A model generated the notes under the pieces. It did not search any database. It saw nothing but the letters and a program-made list of their open reading frames with translations, and had not been told where the DNA came from. Position numbers and translations under genes: made by a program. Positions 1 through 15,401 of a stretch of 47,729 nt of DNA are shown here, piece by piece (position 1 is the stretch's first letter; each line of letters begins with the position of its first letter). The stretch spans positions 379,938 to 427,666 of the forward strand of contig DF236958.1 in NCBI GenBank assembly GCA_000708835.1, given 5' to 3'. This DNA is from Klebsormidium nitens (lineage: Eukaryota > Plantae > Klebsormidiophyceae).

Positions 1-1074
1 GGCTAAAATTCCGATTGGCAGGGTGAAGGACGGGAGAATTTACCAGAAGGGTCTTCTCTTCTCTCCTCCCCTTCACACGAACACACCTCCTCTCCTCCTT
101 CAACCACCTTCCGCCGCCGGAAAGGGGTTTTAAAGTTACAGTTATTGCTTACTGAATCAGCTCTTCACAGCAAAGAAAGCGGAGTAGCTAGTTGCAATGG
201 GCTGAATGAGAGCTTTCCAGAGGTAGTTGGATGAGGATTTTTGGTGGAGGAGCGAGGGAGATCCGAAAATAACACCATGGCAGCCATGGTCGCCTCGGCC
301 GCCTAGTAGCTGCAGAGTCGCGCGCAGACCATCAATCCTTTCACGATCGAGACTTGGAACTAAACGCCGTCCCTATAACATGGACGCGCAACGTACACTG
401 CTTAACCTTATATAAAACCTGGCAAGTCGACAATGTTGCAACCAGGTGTTTGATGAACCCTTACCAAGTTTCCAGCAACATCCGAGGGTTGGATTGAAAA
501 GAGAGGGCCGGTTTAGGATTTGGCCACATGACGTCAAGTTTGAGTGTAGCGCATGGAGGGGCCACGCACATCACGATCATGTAGACATTGTTGAAGCTGC
601 TCAAGCCTTAGTGAAATAAGTATACTATGTAAGCTCGCTCTCCATCAAGGTTCAGTGTCATTGGCAGGCGAATATACTATCGTAAGTAGAGGGCACCATT
701 CAAAAACAAACTCAGCTTGGCCTTAATCGTCGGGAGTCCGGTTCTAGCACTGTTTTGAACTTTAGCTTACATTACAGCATTCGTTTTGAAAATTTCCATG
801 GGGCCCAGGGCACCCCAGTCCTATGTTTCCTTTCAATCAGGCCACGGCGACTTTCTCAACATCGAAACGCCTTCTTTTTCGTCCTTTCTTGTTAGCTATC
901 ACCACTTCCCTACAATCAGCTATATACCACGAAAGGCTGCTGTACACCGTGTTTAAGATGTTATCAACCGTTTGTCTGTGCTGCTCTGTTCGACAATTGC
1001 TCCCACCCTGCCCCTGCGTGCCTTTGCTACATAAACATCATCCGTGAAAAGATCGAGCACCTTTGTACAGGAAC

Positions 1075-4000
1075 CTAGGGCCGCACCTCCTCCAAACCCC
1101 CGCCGCTGCTGGCAGGGGGCTGGTTGCTTTGTCGTGAACGGTGTGAATCAGAGTCGCCAGCAGCTGTGTCAACTGGATCAGAACGAAGTTGGTCTGGCGA
1201 GTCAATACCCCTTTCCACCATCTCTTCCCCTTGATTTGCAGCAATGCCCATCCCGTGCGGCACATCGAGAGGCTCGCGTGTTCGGCTGTGGTAACGGCGC
1301 ATGTCCCGGATGACCGAATACACTACGATCGTGCCGACCGTCCCCACGAAGCCACCAATGAAACACGCCCCGACACCGCCCACGTGGCCCTGAAAAATGG
1401 AGACCAAGCATGAGATGTTCAGTAGAGCGCTCATTGTTGCACAATCACGCTTCTCTTCCTTGATCAAAAGCGCTGCGCGGCAACCCCGCCTTCTCTGTGC
1501 AGCCTTTGCGAGTTGCACGGGAGTGAACAACGAGTTCGACCTGAAACGGACGCTCCTACAGATTCAAGGATGACCTTTGCACAGCAAACGTGCTGCGTAC
1601 AATATTATTCAAAGTTGCTAACAAGGCTTCCTCATACACGGACGCGCTTTGGAATAGTCGGATTGAACTTCCTGTTTCCGTCCACAATACGCCCGATACC
1701 TGATGATGATCTGATAGACAAACGCATCCGTCAATTCGGACCCGCTCTCACAATATGTTTTCAGACTAGTAGAGGGGCCTGTAAAGTCGCTATTCTCACC
1801 AACGAGAACGTGAGCTGCGCCACGATGACCACGAAAAAGAACTGCATGAGCCCCAGGCCCCAGAGCTTGCTTGGATCCGTCCTGGCCGCAATGGTTATCG
1901 TCGTGACGGCCAGGATGAGAGACGCGGGGATCGACACCGACACCGCGTCCTTCCCCTGTTGCGACACCTGGCGGGGGCAGCAGATTGCGTTAGCGCACGT
2001 TCTCTGCAATCTTCGAAAGATTGTTGACAGAAAATGTGGCGGCTTGTCTTTCGAAAACGAACGCACAAGGCACGTGGCCGAGCGAGAAACGAATCAAGCG
2101 GCTTGGAACGAGCCCGAGAAACATTGGGCGAACAAAATGGAAGCAGTCCGACACAGCTGCTTGCGCTCTGCCTTGCTTCGCGATCGTGCTGACAGGATTC
2201 AAATGATTTGAAGCTTTGCCGCGCAGAGGATAAACTTGACAGAAGACAACAGTCGGGCGGCCGACAAGTGACTCGACTCCCTCAAATACGGCAAACCTCG
2301 AGGAAAGATCTGAGGCTGGAGCAGGGATCCAGACAGCCGAGCGGAAGCAAAGAAACTTAGGAATTTGTCGTATGAGGGGAGGGTTTCTGTGCCCGCGTGG
2401 GGGGGGTGCCCCCGGACATGGGGAGCGTCCAAAGCCGGGTTTGACAGCAGGTTAGGCAAACGGCTTGTAGAGGGGTTGGCGGGAGAATTTGTGAGGGGGT
2501 TGGTGTGGAGGTTAGGCGGCTAGACGCTCGGGCTCATGAAACGGCCAAGCCCCTCTACTCACCAGCATTTGCTCGAAGAAACAAAAGTACGCCACTGCGG
2601 CAGCGATGAAGACCATTGGAACGTCGCGGTACCGTCGCGGGAGGACCGTCTCATCCGCAGCCGCGGCCCCTGCTGTCGCTGCGCCGCTGCCGTCGGTGGT
2701 GCCGTTCTCGCCTTCTCTTCGCCGCTCGAGAATCACGGGCAGGTTCTCCACCTCCGAGCCGCACACTTCGCACAGCCTGACAAGAAAGAGAACGAAGAGG
2801 AGCGCTTCAGTTTAGACGACTCCTGTACGCTGTTCTTCGTTGCCAGTTCCGTTGCAAAGGCATCGATGCCAGAGCCGTGACCTCGTACAAGATGCGCAAA
2901 TCACGGGTGCCATACCTCGTATGCGTGCAGTTACGGAAACAAACGAGAGAAGCTCGTGACGCCTTATTATACAGATTGTGCTGGAACAAACGTCGGTGAC
3001 AGATTGCCAGCACGAGCTGTGGGTTCTTTCAAGCAGAAATTTGTTGAGCGGACGACCGTTTCAAGACCTCAATTGCAGACAGTGATCAGCAGAAGGCACA
3101 AGTCGTGGCGGAACTGAATCCACGCCCACGGCTCTTGTCCGGAAACAAGCTGACACGTGCAATCTTTCGTCGTTTGTTGACCCTACCCATCTTCCCACCA
3201 ACATTAGAGAGCTTCAACAGGCAGGTGAAAGGATTCGTTTGTTTTCCGTTTGTGAAAAAGAGACAAAAGAGCCCCCTGCTGTTCAAGCCATCGAAGCATG
3301 CGTCTCTAGAAGACTTGCTTGATTTTGGTCTTCAAAATCGATTACCTCAAGTTCTCCACTTAGTCCCCAACCCCTCATCCGTTCCCCGAGTTTCGATCAA
3401 GACTGCGCTTTCTGTATAACCTCGACATCCTCTCTGTCCTCCTCTTTACAGCTTCCGTTCTTCCGCTCTACTAAGAGTCGGAGGTGAAAGCTCGCTTGCG
3501 TTTCTCGCCCCCTCACCTGTTGCCCCGCAGATTGAACCAGCGAAGCGCGCACTGCTCGTGTGCGAGAGCCATGTCGCCCTTGCACTGGCACTCGAGGCGC
3601 CACGTCTCGCCCTCCGTCAGCTGGTCGAAACAGATCCGGCAGATTGCTTCGTCCAGCATCACGGGCTGCCGCTCACGCTCGTCGACCTTTCCGCGCTGTG
3701 AAAGGCTGCTGAGGGACATGCTTAGGGACCTGCAATCAGGATTTCCAACACATCTCGACAATGTACATGAATTTATGTTTTCGAGACTGTCGTCATTTCA
3801 ATAACTACAGACTGTTTGTGAGGCGTCAGAGAAAACTCATGCTTTGACTCTGTTTTGAACGGTCGGACATGTGGCAGAATTCATATGGCCGCTCAGATGT
3901 GTTCAGAGACCTGCACAAACCGGGACGTCTGCTAAATCCTTTGAAAGGAGACCACCTTGTGGGCAGGTCGTGACGAGATAAGCTCTACAAGCTCTTCGCA

Positions 4001-5356
4001 ACAGAGCCTCGACGATTTCAAAACCTGCACCCGAAAGTTTCACATCTTGGTGATGAATACTTATGAGCACAGGATGAGTGTCAACTTGTATCAGGCCTGA
4101 ATTACTCAGGCCGATTGACATACCTCTACTGGCAGTTGAGCATCTGACAGAGAGAATCAGTCTGGATGACATGCTTTCGGATATGCTAGATGCTTTCAGC
4201 TTTTAAAGGAGCAGGCGACTTCTAGGACTAGCTTGGCCAAAAAGCAACACAGCAAGCCGAAGTGCCTGAAAGCACTTTCATGATCATTATGTTAAAAAGG
4301 GGCGCACCTGGCGAGAGAAGCCCCCAGGCCCCCCAACACAGAACCCCCGGGCTCTCGTTTGCTTTCTTCCCCAATGTCAATCACGCGTTCCGGCCGCGGC
4401 AACACGAGCACCAGATCCGACGGCTGGCGTTGCAAAGGGGGGCGTTTGGCTATTGAGCGGATTCTCCAGAAGTGGTGGTCCGGAAGGGGGGGCTCGGCAC
4501 CGTGAACTGTGGACTCTACAGGGGGTGGTCGGGAGGCACCTTCCCGCTCCGACCTGCTTCCTTGTGAGCTGGAGGGGGAGTCGGGGATGCCAGCCATGGG
4601 GCTGGACAGCTGGCGGCGGAAGGAAGGCCGGGGCACAAGGGGCTGCAGAAGGGAACTTGGCATCAGGCGTGATGACATGAGGTGACAGTGGCAGGGGGAA
4701 GACGCGAGACAGAGTTTGTTCAAAGGCTGAAGTAACAAGGGGCACCTGACTGGACCTTAATGTAGGGTGTCTTCGTTCAGCCATGCTCAATAGAATCCAC
4801 TGCAGATTCCGGAGCACAGTATGTACAGGGGGACAGCCACCTCGCCTCAGTTCCTAAAGCCCCAAACTATGGCCAGGACAGACTATCCCCCAGGACCCAA
4901 ACTCCTGAGGTTGCTCCAAAGATTTCACAAGTCCTGTTTTTATAGACTTTCTTGCCCATGAATCTAGCACTCCCCACACTCGAATCCCTGTGTGTACTGA
5001 CACAAGAATGACGATATTAAACACAAGTACTGCATGAGAAATGCCGCCATAAGTCCATCAGTTTCCATAGAACCAGAAAGAAGGTCGATGGCTAGTGTTT
5101 TCAAATTGCTTCTGACTTTACATCTGCTTACCTGAGTTGCGGTTTCGTGTGTCCCCAACCACTTTCCACTGCTTTCGATGCGAAGCTGGCCCTCAGACAT
5201 AAGCCTTTTGTATGACTGCCCCCCATGCCATGTCTCTCCATGCATCTGTGACGGCCTGCGCGTCTCATGGTCCATTCCGCCAAGGAGTGTACGCTCGGAG
5301 TCTGCCCCTTCGCCCTCTGTGACCTCCTTATCTTCTTGCGACGAGTTACTCTGCAT
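1075..5356 (-). CDS. RING-CH (RINGv, C4HC3) membrane E3 ubiquitin ligase, plant MARCH-like family; 6 exons
   Basis: Exons 5356-5132, 4642-4308, 3729-3517, 2776-2563, 1967-1800, 1389-1075 have GT-AG ends and compatible phases. The spliced product contains CRICFDQLTEGETWRLECQCKGDMALAHEQCALRWFNLRGNRLCEVC (C4HC3). Hydrophobic segments follow (FIAAAVAYFCFFEQMLVSQQGKDAVSVSIPASLILAV..., GACFIGGFVGTVGTIVVYSVI), as in plant RING-CH proteins. The Ser/Pro-rich N-terminus and start codon are less certain. Confidence 0.9.
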
Positions 5357-5644
5357 TATCTCCAAGCTAGTACAATGGGATGAAATTCAAATAAGACACA
5401 AATGTACGTTGATTGTGCCAAGGGTTTCCAGAAGCAGAAGCTACATTCCGCCTTCCTCCTTCAAGAGCAACAGCTTGACGAATTCACTGATGCAAACTCG
5501 AAGAGTGTATCCCTTGCAGAATCCAATCCACTCCCACTCCCTGTTTACAGCGCCCTGATTCTTACCATATTGAGCATTTCACGTCAAATCGTGAAGCTGA
5601 AATTCTACACTTGTGATTGACTGCACAGCTGGCTGAACCCTGCA

Positions 5645-5666
5645 GCAAAACCCTTGCAAAACCCTA
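5645..5666. promoter_or_regulatory. Tandem GCAAAACCCT repeat (telo-box-like AAACCCTA) in a divergent promoter
   Basis: gcaaaaccct at 5645-5654 and 5656-5665, followed by atat. It lies between the start codons of two divergent genes (5356 and 5809). Function is inferred only. Confidence 0.3.
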
Positions 5667-5808
5667 TATCCACTATGAGACGTCCTGTCTCTTGCTTTCT
5701 CTTTGAGCTGATTTGAGCCGCATTGCGCTTATGGTGCACGAACTAGAGTACAAAGACGCTTGCAACTATCTCCCAATCTACTTTGGGTGGTTTCTAAGAT
5801 CTAAAGAG

Positions 5809-8361
<2,553 letters not shown>

Positions 8362-9626
8362 TAGAGCCCCATCCGGAAAAGGTAAGCGTGAGGCATTCCA
8401 GGCGAAAGGCATTCCAGGACAGAGTTTTGATCCGAGCGGCATGTAATGGTGTATAAAGACTGTTTCCTGTTTAAAACGAAAAGAAACGATCGGAAGAACG
8501 AATCACAACCTGTCTGAGGTCGCTTGAAAAATTTTGAAATCTCGAGGGCGTCTGCGCCGTTCCAGGTGGTGAGAGGGTGTAAAGGGTCGCGTTTTATCTT
8601 CTTTTCAGCTTGACGTGGATCTGTTATTTTCGTAATGGCTAACCTTTTTGCTGCACTACCCAAGTTGATCTGAACGGGCCGACGTATGAGAATTTCCCGT
8701 CACTGGGCGGTAGTCATGAAAAAGCGTCTCTTGTGGGGACGCTGCCGCTCAGCCTTATCTGCATAAGTTGACTAAACTCCCAGGCCACGGCTTCCTTCAT
8801 AGGTGGGGGCTAGTTCTCAAATGTTGCGCTGATCTGCAAGTGAGCAACGGGCTTGCCACAATTGGGCCCTACGTGCATCAGATCTTTTCGAAACAACACT
8901 ACGAGATTACGTGGCAGATAAGCGGGAGGCAAGCACGAGAAAGACTCCGCATTTCAGACGCCTCAATCATTCTGAGGCGACGTTATGGTGTATGACTTCA
9001 CGATGACTGGGGCAATCATCCAAAAACCTGTTTCATTGAGTACTCGTTGACTCTTACGCAAAGGCTACTTCTGCATTCAACCTGACTCTTCGTACGAACC
9101 TGCAGGTAGGGAGGGCAAGGTGGTCAAGAACGGTTGCCGAGCATCGTTTTCGGGAACGGACCACCGCGGCTTTCGAAAGCTGCGAGGACCAAACCCTACA
9201 AAAGTGAGCTTCCTTCTGTTCCACGATTTCTTCCTGTAGAGGCGCATACGTCAACCTAAAACGTAGATAACGTGAACGATCGCAAGAGCAGCTTCTCTCA
9301 TAAGAAGGTTGTGTTCAGACCTCGCAAACTTGGCTGGTAAGTCGCTTTGCCTGGGGCCATCATGACGCAAGGTCTACTGGCATCCTTACTGGACTCTGAT
9401 CGAACCGTTCATCGGCTCGCTAAGGCATGCCGGCCAAGCATAACCGTACGATGAGCCTCTGGCTGATGTGGCAGACTGAAGCGGTTGAGAATTCGAGATC
9501 CGGGGTTGCGCACCGGCAGTTCACGAAGACCGGTCACGGTTAACCATGAAACTTGAATCCTCCGAGGATACTCCCGGCTAGTTACGGGTTCAAGATGCTA
9601 CCCGGTTGGCCGATATGAGCCTGGTA

Positions 9627-10094
9627 GGAATACTTGTACCCATTATCGGCCACCTTCACTTTGGACATCAGAATTTCGATGTCAACTCAGTTTTCTGTAT
9701 GAATGTTATATATGGATAGAAAGCTCGTCGAAGCCTCTTTCCAAGGATATAAAGAACATTTATCAAAAATGACGATTTGAAGACTTTGTATAAGATGGTA
9801 ATTTTTGGCCCATTTTTTAACCGTGTTCCTATTATCGGCCACCTGGGTAAGCTAGGAAATTACAGCAGACTTGGTCAAATTGAGTTCGGTTTTTGATGGG
9901 AGGTAGAGATTAACCATGCCCTCAAGAGTACCAAGTTTGGTCGCCAACAAGTAAGTTTTTAACAGGGCGCTGGACACTCCTTTGCGCCTGCTAAAGTGGC
10001 GAAAGTTCGGCCACGAACCGAGTTTCGTTCGATCGAGACTCGAATTCGAGGTGGCCGGTAATAGGAGCTGGCCGATAATTGGTACAAGTATTCC
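9627..10094. mobile_element. Non-autonomous DNA transposon (MITE), Tc1/mariner-type by TA target duplication
   Basis: 29-bp terminal inverted repeats: ggaatacttgtacccattatcggccacct (9627-9655) and the reverse complement of 10066-10094 (ggaatacttgtaccaattatcggccagct), 27/29 identical. TA flanks both ends (9625-9626, 10095-10096). No transposase ORF inside. Confidence 0.85.
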
Positions 10095-10339
10095 TACACC
10101 GTTGATAGGCATGGCGAAACCTGAAACCTGATTTGCGGCACACGCAGCCTGTGGTTCTCTTTCAGTAGACGTATTCACAGTGCACACTGCCAGTCATGCA
10201 CTACGCTTTCCTGCAATTCGGGTGTGAACTCCTCCTCAGAATATTCATCAAGGGCTTACACGTGGCAGTACAGAGTTGCTTGGGCTGCTCCGTCACAACT
10301 GGGGTTTGAAAGCGACGGATCGAAAAAAAACGGAAGTTT

Positions 10340-10595
10340 NNNNNNNNNNNNNNNNNNNNNNNNNNNNNNNNNNNNNNNNNNNNNNNNNNNNNNNNNNNNN
10401 NNNNNNNNNNNNNNNNNNNNNNNNNNNNNNNNNNNNNNNNNNNNNNNNNNNNNNNNNNNNNNNNNNNNNNNNNNNNNNNNNNNNNNNNNNNNNNNNNNNN
10501 NNNNNNNNNNNNNNNNNNNNNNNNNNNNNNNNNNNNNNNNNNNNNNNNNNNNNNNNNNNNNNNNNNNNNNNNNNNNNNNNNNNNNNNNNNNNNNN
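10340..10595. other. Assembly gap (N run)
   Basis: Run of N. The right flank starts with two copies of atgcgttac. Confidence 1.
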
Positions 10596-11510
10596 ATGCG
10601 TTACATGCGTTACATATATACATGTCAGTCTATGTGATTATTCGATTTCGACGTCGATACAGCATGCGTGACTGATATGTGACAATACCAACTTCAATAG
10701 GTGCTTTTGACTTGCTGTCCAGAGAAACCCAGGGCCATAGTACCAGTACATACAGGTACCGTTGCATAGGTTCGTAGCAGCAGCTCTCACATGGGCGTCG
10801 TTTCTTGCAGCCAAGGGGTGCTTCGAGACAGAGAGAAGCATGCTGGGCAGCCCGCAGTGGGGGCCTGGTTGGCCTTCAACAATAGATAGATAGCAAGCTG
10901 TGCGTTTCAAGACGATTGACCGCATGGTGCAGGCACTTAGTGCAAGCTCACAGGAAAGGTAGCAACTAGAGCTGTCATCAGAGTAAATCAGAGACGAGGA
11001 AAGGTGCTTTGATTCCTCACAAAACAGCGGGCCAGATAACCATCCTTGGCATATTATTTGCTCGCCAATATGTGTCCGCTAAACAGCGATGTCTTGCTAT
11101 CCATTCTTGAGCAGGTCAAGGGCTGTTCGGCTGACCTCAAAGCATGTGCTTCGGGTAAGCTTGTAGTGCTTGAATGCTTTTGCGCCATTATGCAGTATTG
11201 CTTCGATGTCCCTTCCTAGAACTTTTTGAGCAACGTGGCGTAGCCAGATGTCTTGAGAGCAGCGCCACTTTCCCAGAAAAATCAGTCACGGTGACTGGAA
11301 CGGCTTGAAATGTTTGGAAAGACTTGCCACTGCTTGTTCTCTTGCTGTAAGAAGATACTTGAAGATTAGGGAGTGGCATGAGTACTTAGGTGTGATGGTC
11401 ACGCCCGGTTTGTGTGCCTGGCTTGATGGTGGTGCAACAATGTTTTTCTGCGCGACCATTGGTCCTTTCTTTCTGTGACTTAAATCTTTAGTGTCGCTTT
11501 ACTAGTACAG

Positions 11511-13968
11511 ATGCCCGCACTTGATTGGTTTAAAGGCATTGAATCAGGTTTACTGAAAAGGATGAAGTCCTCAATAATGGCACCTGGACGTTCTGAATTT
11601 TATGCTAATGACGCCCCTTTTTATCTGGCAGTATCTCGCACATGGCGCGACCTGGCCTTTGCTGCTAAAGGCAGCCTGAAAGTGACAAGCGGACCAACAG
11701 TTGCTGAGGTAAGTAACACGTGCGCCACTTGAATAGAAAGTGGCTTATTCCTTTGTTTATTAGACGACGTTGGTGGTGGTTGAGAGAAGAAAGAATTCGC
11801 ATTTTTAAAGCGATTCTTCGCAGCAGAAAGGAATGGCAGGAAGAGCGTCAATATACACGCAGTACCACCATCTTGGCAATCGGGGTTTATAAGTTCCAGT
11901 GCCTCTCTCCCTACTTTTTTTGAATACCTGCTTGGTGGCAGCCGCGCATGTGGACCGCGATTAGAAGCACAGTCTAGGAACCTGATTAGTAGGTTCGAGG
12001 GATGCAGACAATTGAGGGGATGTCAACGTTGTTGATCACCATTGGTTGCCAACATTTTGGTCCGCTTCAACCATTGCAGAGACTCTCTTTTGACATGCGT
12101 CTGCGGCCCTTTGCAGGTATTGAAGCTGTTGGCAGACTACCCCAGCATTCACACCGTCTGCCTCTACGCACTGGAAGAGATTGACGTGCTGCTCATGTCC
12201 CAAGGCATTGCACGCGAGGCCGTCGATGTGAAAACTCTCCATCTTGTCTCGTGCAAGGCGCTGTGCTCCATGGGGACGTCAGGTCAGTACAACGGTGATG
12301 CAGTTCCTCGATTTCATTGCTCCCTTGGATATCTGTGGTTTCTCAATCGCGTTTATTTGTCATACTTGCTTCCTTTCGACTTTGATGACAGGCTTCAGAG
12401 GCGTCCAGTCATTTCCTGGCTCTTCTTTACTGTATCGAGAGGTCTGAAAGTCCGCTGGCTGACTTGTACATGTGTTCGGGGACGTGTTCGACAATACGTC
12501 TATGAGATTTCTATGCTCATAACGCCTCTCAGTCCCAAGTTGTTGTTGCGATAGCTTTACAAAAGAATCGTGAGATCTGACTGAATTCGAGTGTGGAAAA
12601 TCCTCCTAAGAATCACCAGAAGGTGCGCCACACGTGTCTTGGGCATGGTTACAAGGGGGGTTCCAACTTGCAAAAGCCTCAGCTTGTGATAGATAGATGC
12701 TGATTTGATCGCAGTGCTTCGATTTCACGAAGAAAATTCGAATCGTTTTCTGCGTTCTGCAGGTTTGCTGGTGACGTTTTCGATCAGTCAGCAGGGCCAC
12801 GTGGCTGACTACCAGCGGTTCTCCATTGAGCGCTCAGTCAAAGGGCAGCGGTCTGTCAGGTGGAGACTGCGGGAGTTGCTCCTCAGCGGCTCCCCCCTGG
12901 ACGACCACCAACTGCAGGTGCATTCCATTTTCATGGCACAACGAGATGCCCTTCTTTGCTTTCAGACGGTTTCTGGTTGACCAGCTTGGCGGTTCTTCGA
13001 CTCTTCATGCCTTTCTGGGGTGGAAAGAGGCGAGAAAATTTTGGGTTTACGCGCGTCGGTCCAGCATCAGGACTGAAAGAAGTGCAACACCAGAAGATGG
13101 AAGCCGGTACTCTGGAAGCCGCTTACGAGATCTCCCAAGCCCACAAAAGTAACTCCGTGTGAACGTGCCCTTCAGTGTCGTGCTGTTCACGCTTTTACCA
13201 ATTTCAAGGCTTTTACCAATTCAGACATATGCTTTGAGCAAAGGAGTGAATCCTTCATATGGTTCTTCTAGGGTCCTCACTAGAACTCTCTTCTCGCATC
13301 TTTTAAAGCGCGCCTTTCTTATCGCATCACGTTTGATTTTGCAGGCGCTCCTCGATAGCGGTCGTGGCAGCCACCTCGAGCGTCTCACTCTCTGCCGCTG
13401 CCCCAAGCTGCGCGGGTGGGGGCTCAGCCACGTGTTTGAGAAGTGCTGCCCGAACCTACAGTCCCTCACTCTCGCCGACATGGACCACTTGAGTCGCCCC
13501 AACCCGCGGCTACCCCCGGCCGAACAGGGCCCTCTGCAAAGCCTGCGGGCGCACAGGCTTGCCAGCGGCCTTTCTTCAGGCCTATTGACGGGCCTTGTCG
13601 CGGGAGTGAGTACTCTCCCGCCGTCCCTCAAGACCCTGGCCCTGCGGGGCCTGGGCGCGGCGTCGCTTCTGCCCGTCGCCGCGGAGCTTTGCCCGCAGCT
13701 GAGAGCCCTTTATGTGAGTGTGGATTGTCAGGCCGGCCATTTTTCCATTGGTGACGTGGCACGAGGACAGCTTGCGAAGCTGGAAGTTTTGGGGGTTGCG
13801 GAGACGGTTCCACGCGCCGCTATGGCTAGCTTCCTTGTAGCACACCCGGGAGTTAGAGTGGTTAACGAGAGCGGACCGCTTTTGGGGGGTGCGGAAGAAT
13901 GGGGCCTGCCGAAGGCAGCCGGCGGTCCAGGATTTAAAGGCGGGTTGAAAGTCAGGGATCGCCGCTGA
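11511..13968 (+). CDS. F-box-like / RNI-type leucine-rich-repeat protein; 4 exons
   Basis: Exons 11511-11708, 12117-12282, 12763-12917, 13345-13968 are phase-consistent. The N-terminus DWFKGIESGLLKRMKSSI...FYLAVSRTWRDLA resembles a degenerate F-box. LxxLxL units follow: LRELLLSGSPLDDHQLQ, LERLTLCRCPKL, LQSLTLADM, LKTLALRGL, LRALYVS, LAKLEVLGV. Confidence 0.75.
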
Positions 13969-15401
13969 GAGGCTCAGCGAGCCTAGCCATTTTGCCAGTC
14001 TAACTACTAGTTAATTGTGTGTTTGAAACCGGCCCAGCAGTGGCTTGGTGCGGAGAGCTTTGCTGAGAACCCCGAGGGAGCTGCCATTTTTGCAACGTAG
14101 TTGAGGGCAGCTGTTCTCGGGTACGGTTAGAGCGCTTGTACAAGCAGGACTTCGTACGCGTTGAGACAGCAAATGTAAAGAGTGGTCTCTGCGCCTGAGG
14201 AAGTTTCGGCTAGATTGAAGGTGTCCCTGATGCCGCAATTTCCCCTCGGTTTTAGGGACAGTTTGTGCATTTTGCAGAATATCTGATTTCGTTTCTAGAG
14301 TTCAGCGCTTTCGAGCATGTCAAGCCTAGCTTGAGACAGACATCAGCTTTGGGCCCACTAAGTGAGACGTGGGTTCCAGCGGGACCTGAGAGTTTAGACC
14401 AGACGGACCTGCGCACTTTTAGTAAGCAAAGAAACCAGGTAGCTGCCAGTTTTGCTAATCGAGGGCAGCGGCTCCTGAAGAGAGTGCGTTGACAAAAGTA
14501 TTGAATTCGGAGTTTACATCGTTGTCTTTTCTTCAGCGGCTCACCTAGCCAACATCTTTTTGATCGATTTGATCCGGCAGGGGCGAAGCTGAAATGCAAG
14601 CGAAAATAATCAGTATGGCCTCCTATTTATGTGAAGCATGCAGATGTTGCAATTGATTTGAAGGGCCCGAGTGACTGCAGGCCCCCATACAAAGCAATCA
14701 TTGTGCTATAACCCAATCAGCCAGACTGTAATGGCGTATAGTTCGAGGATCACGTACGTAGACTAGTCGATTTGGATTTGAGTCAAGTTTGTGGAAAGAA
14801 GCATGCAGACATGGCGGCCTCCTCTAGATTATGGCCATGACTCATGTGCGCATGCATTCCCCATCCTCCTGTATAAGATTCACTCAACGGTATACGAGTC
14901 TGATGACAGCAGACAATAAATGTCGGCAACCAATTGCTATAGAGCATTTCAATTTGTATGCAATCGGACAATGGGCCTCGACTACCGCCATAGTGTGCAT
15001 GAGCAAATTAGGTATGCGCATATTGCAACCCTAGAGTATACAAGCAGCGCCCACGTCCTAAAATGTTGCAGCAACATGTGGCCGCAAACGCGACATGACA
15101 GAGTGACTGCCAGTGCAGACGGCATCGTGTATCTTGCATTGGAGACTCCTCGCCGCGTATAATGTTTGTACCGGGAATGATGACCACCCGAAGACTAAAA
15201 GGATATCACTGATGATTGGTGACAAGGTGCGGGCTGCAACGGCCGACAAGCTTATGCAGTAGCAGTGCTTGAATCTAGATTCGTGCATAACTTCCACATC
15301 TATTTGACAGCCGAGTTGCTTAATCAACATTCAAACCTCAACGCGCATCAATATGCCCGCAATCCAGCAAAGAGCTCTTATGATTCGCGAAGGTGTTTCT
15401 G

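Noticed and set aside
8957-8978. Hairpin cgcctca-atcattc-tgaggcg
   Set aside because: A 7-bp stem is expected by chance, and no Helitron terminus follows.
11090-11300. Stop-free - strand stretch FLGKWRCSQDIWLRHVAQKVLGRDIEAILHNGAKAFKHYKLTRSTCFEVSRTALDLLKNG
   Set aside because: Looks protein-like but has no start, no clear splice sites and no recognisable motif. It may be a decayed TE fragment and cannot be supported without a search.
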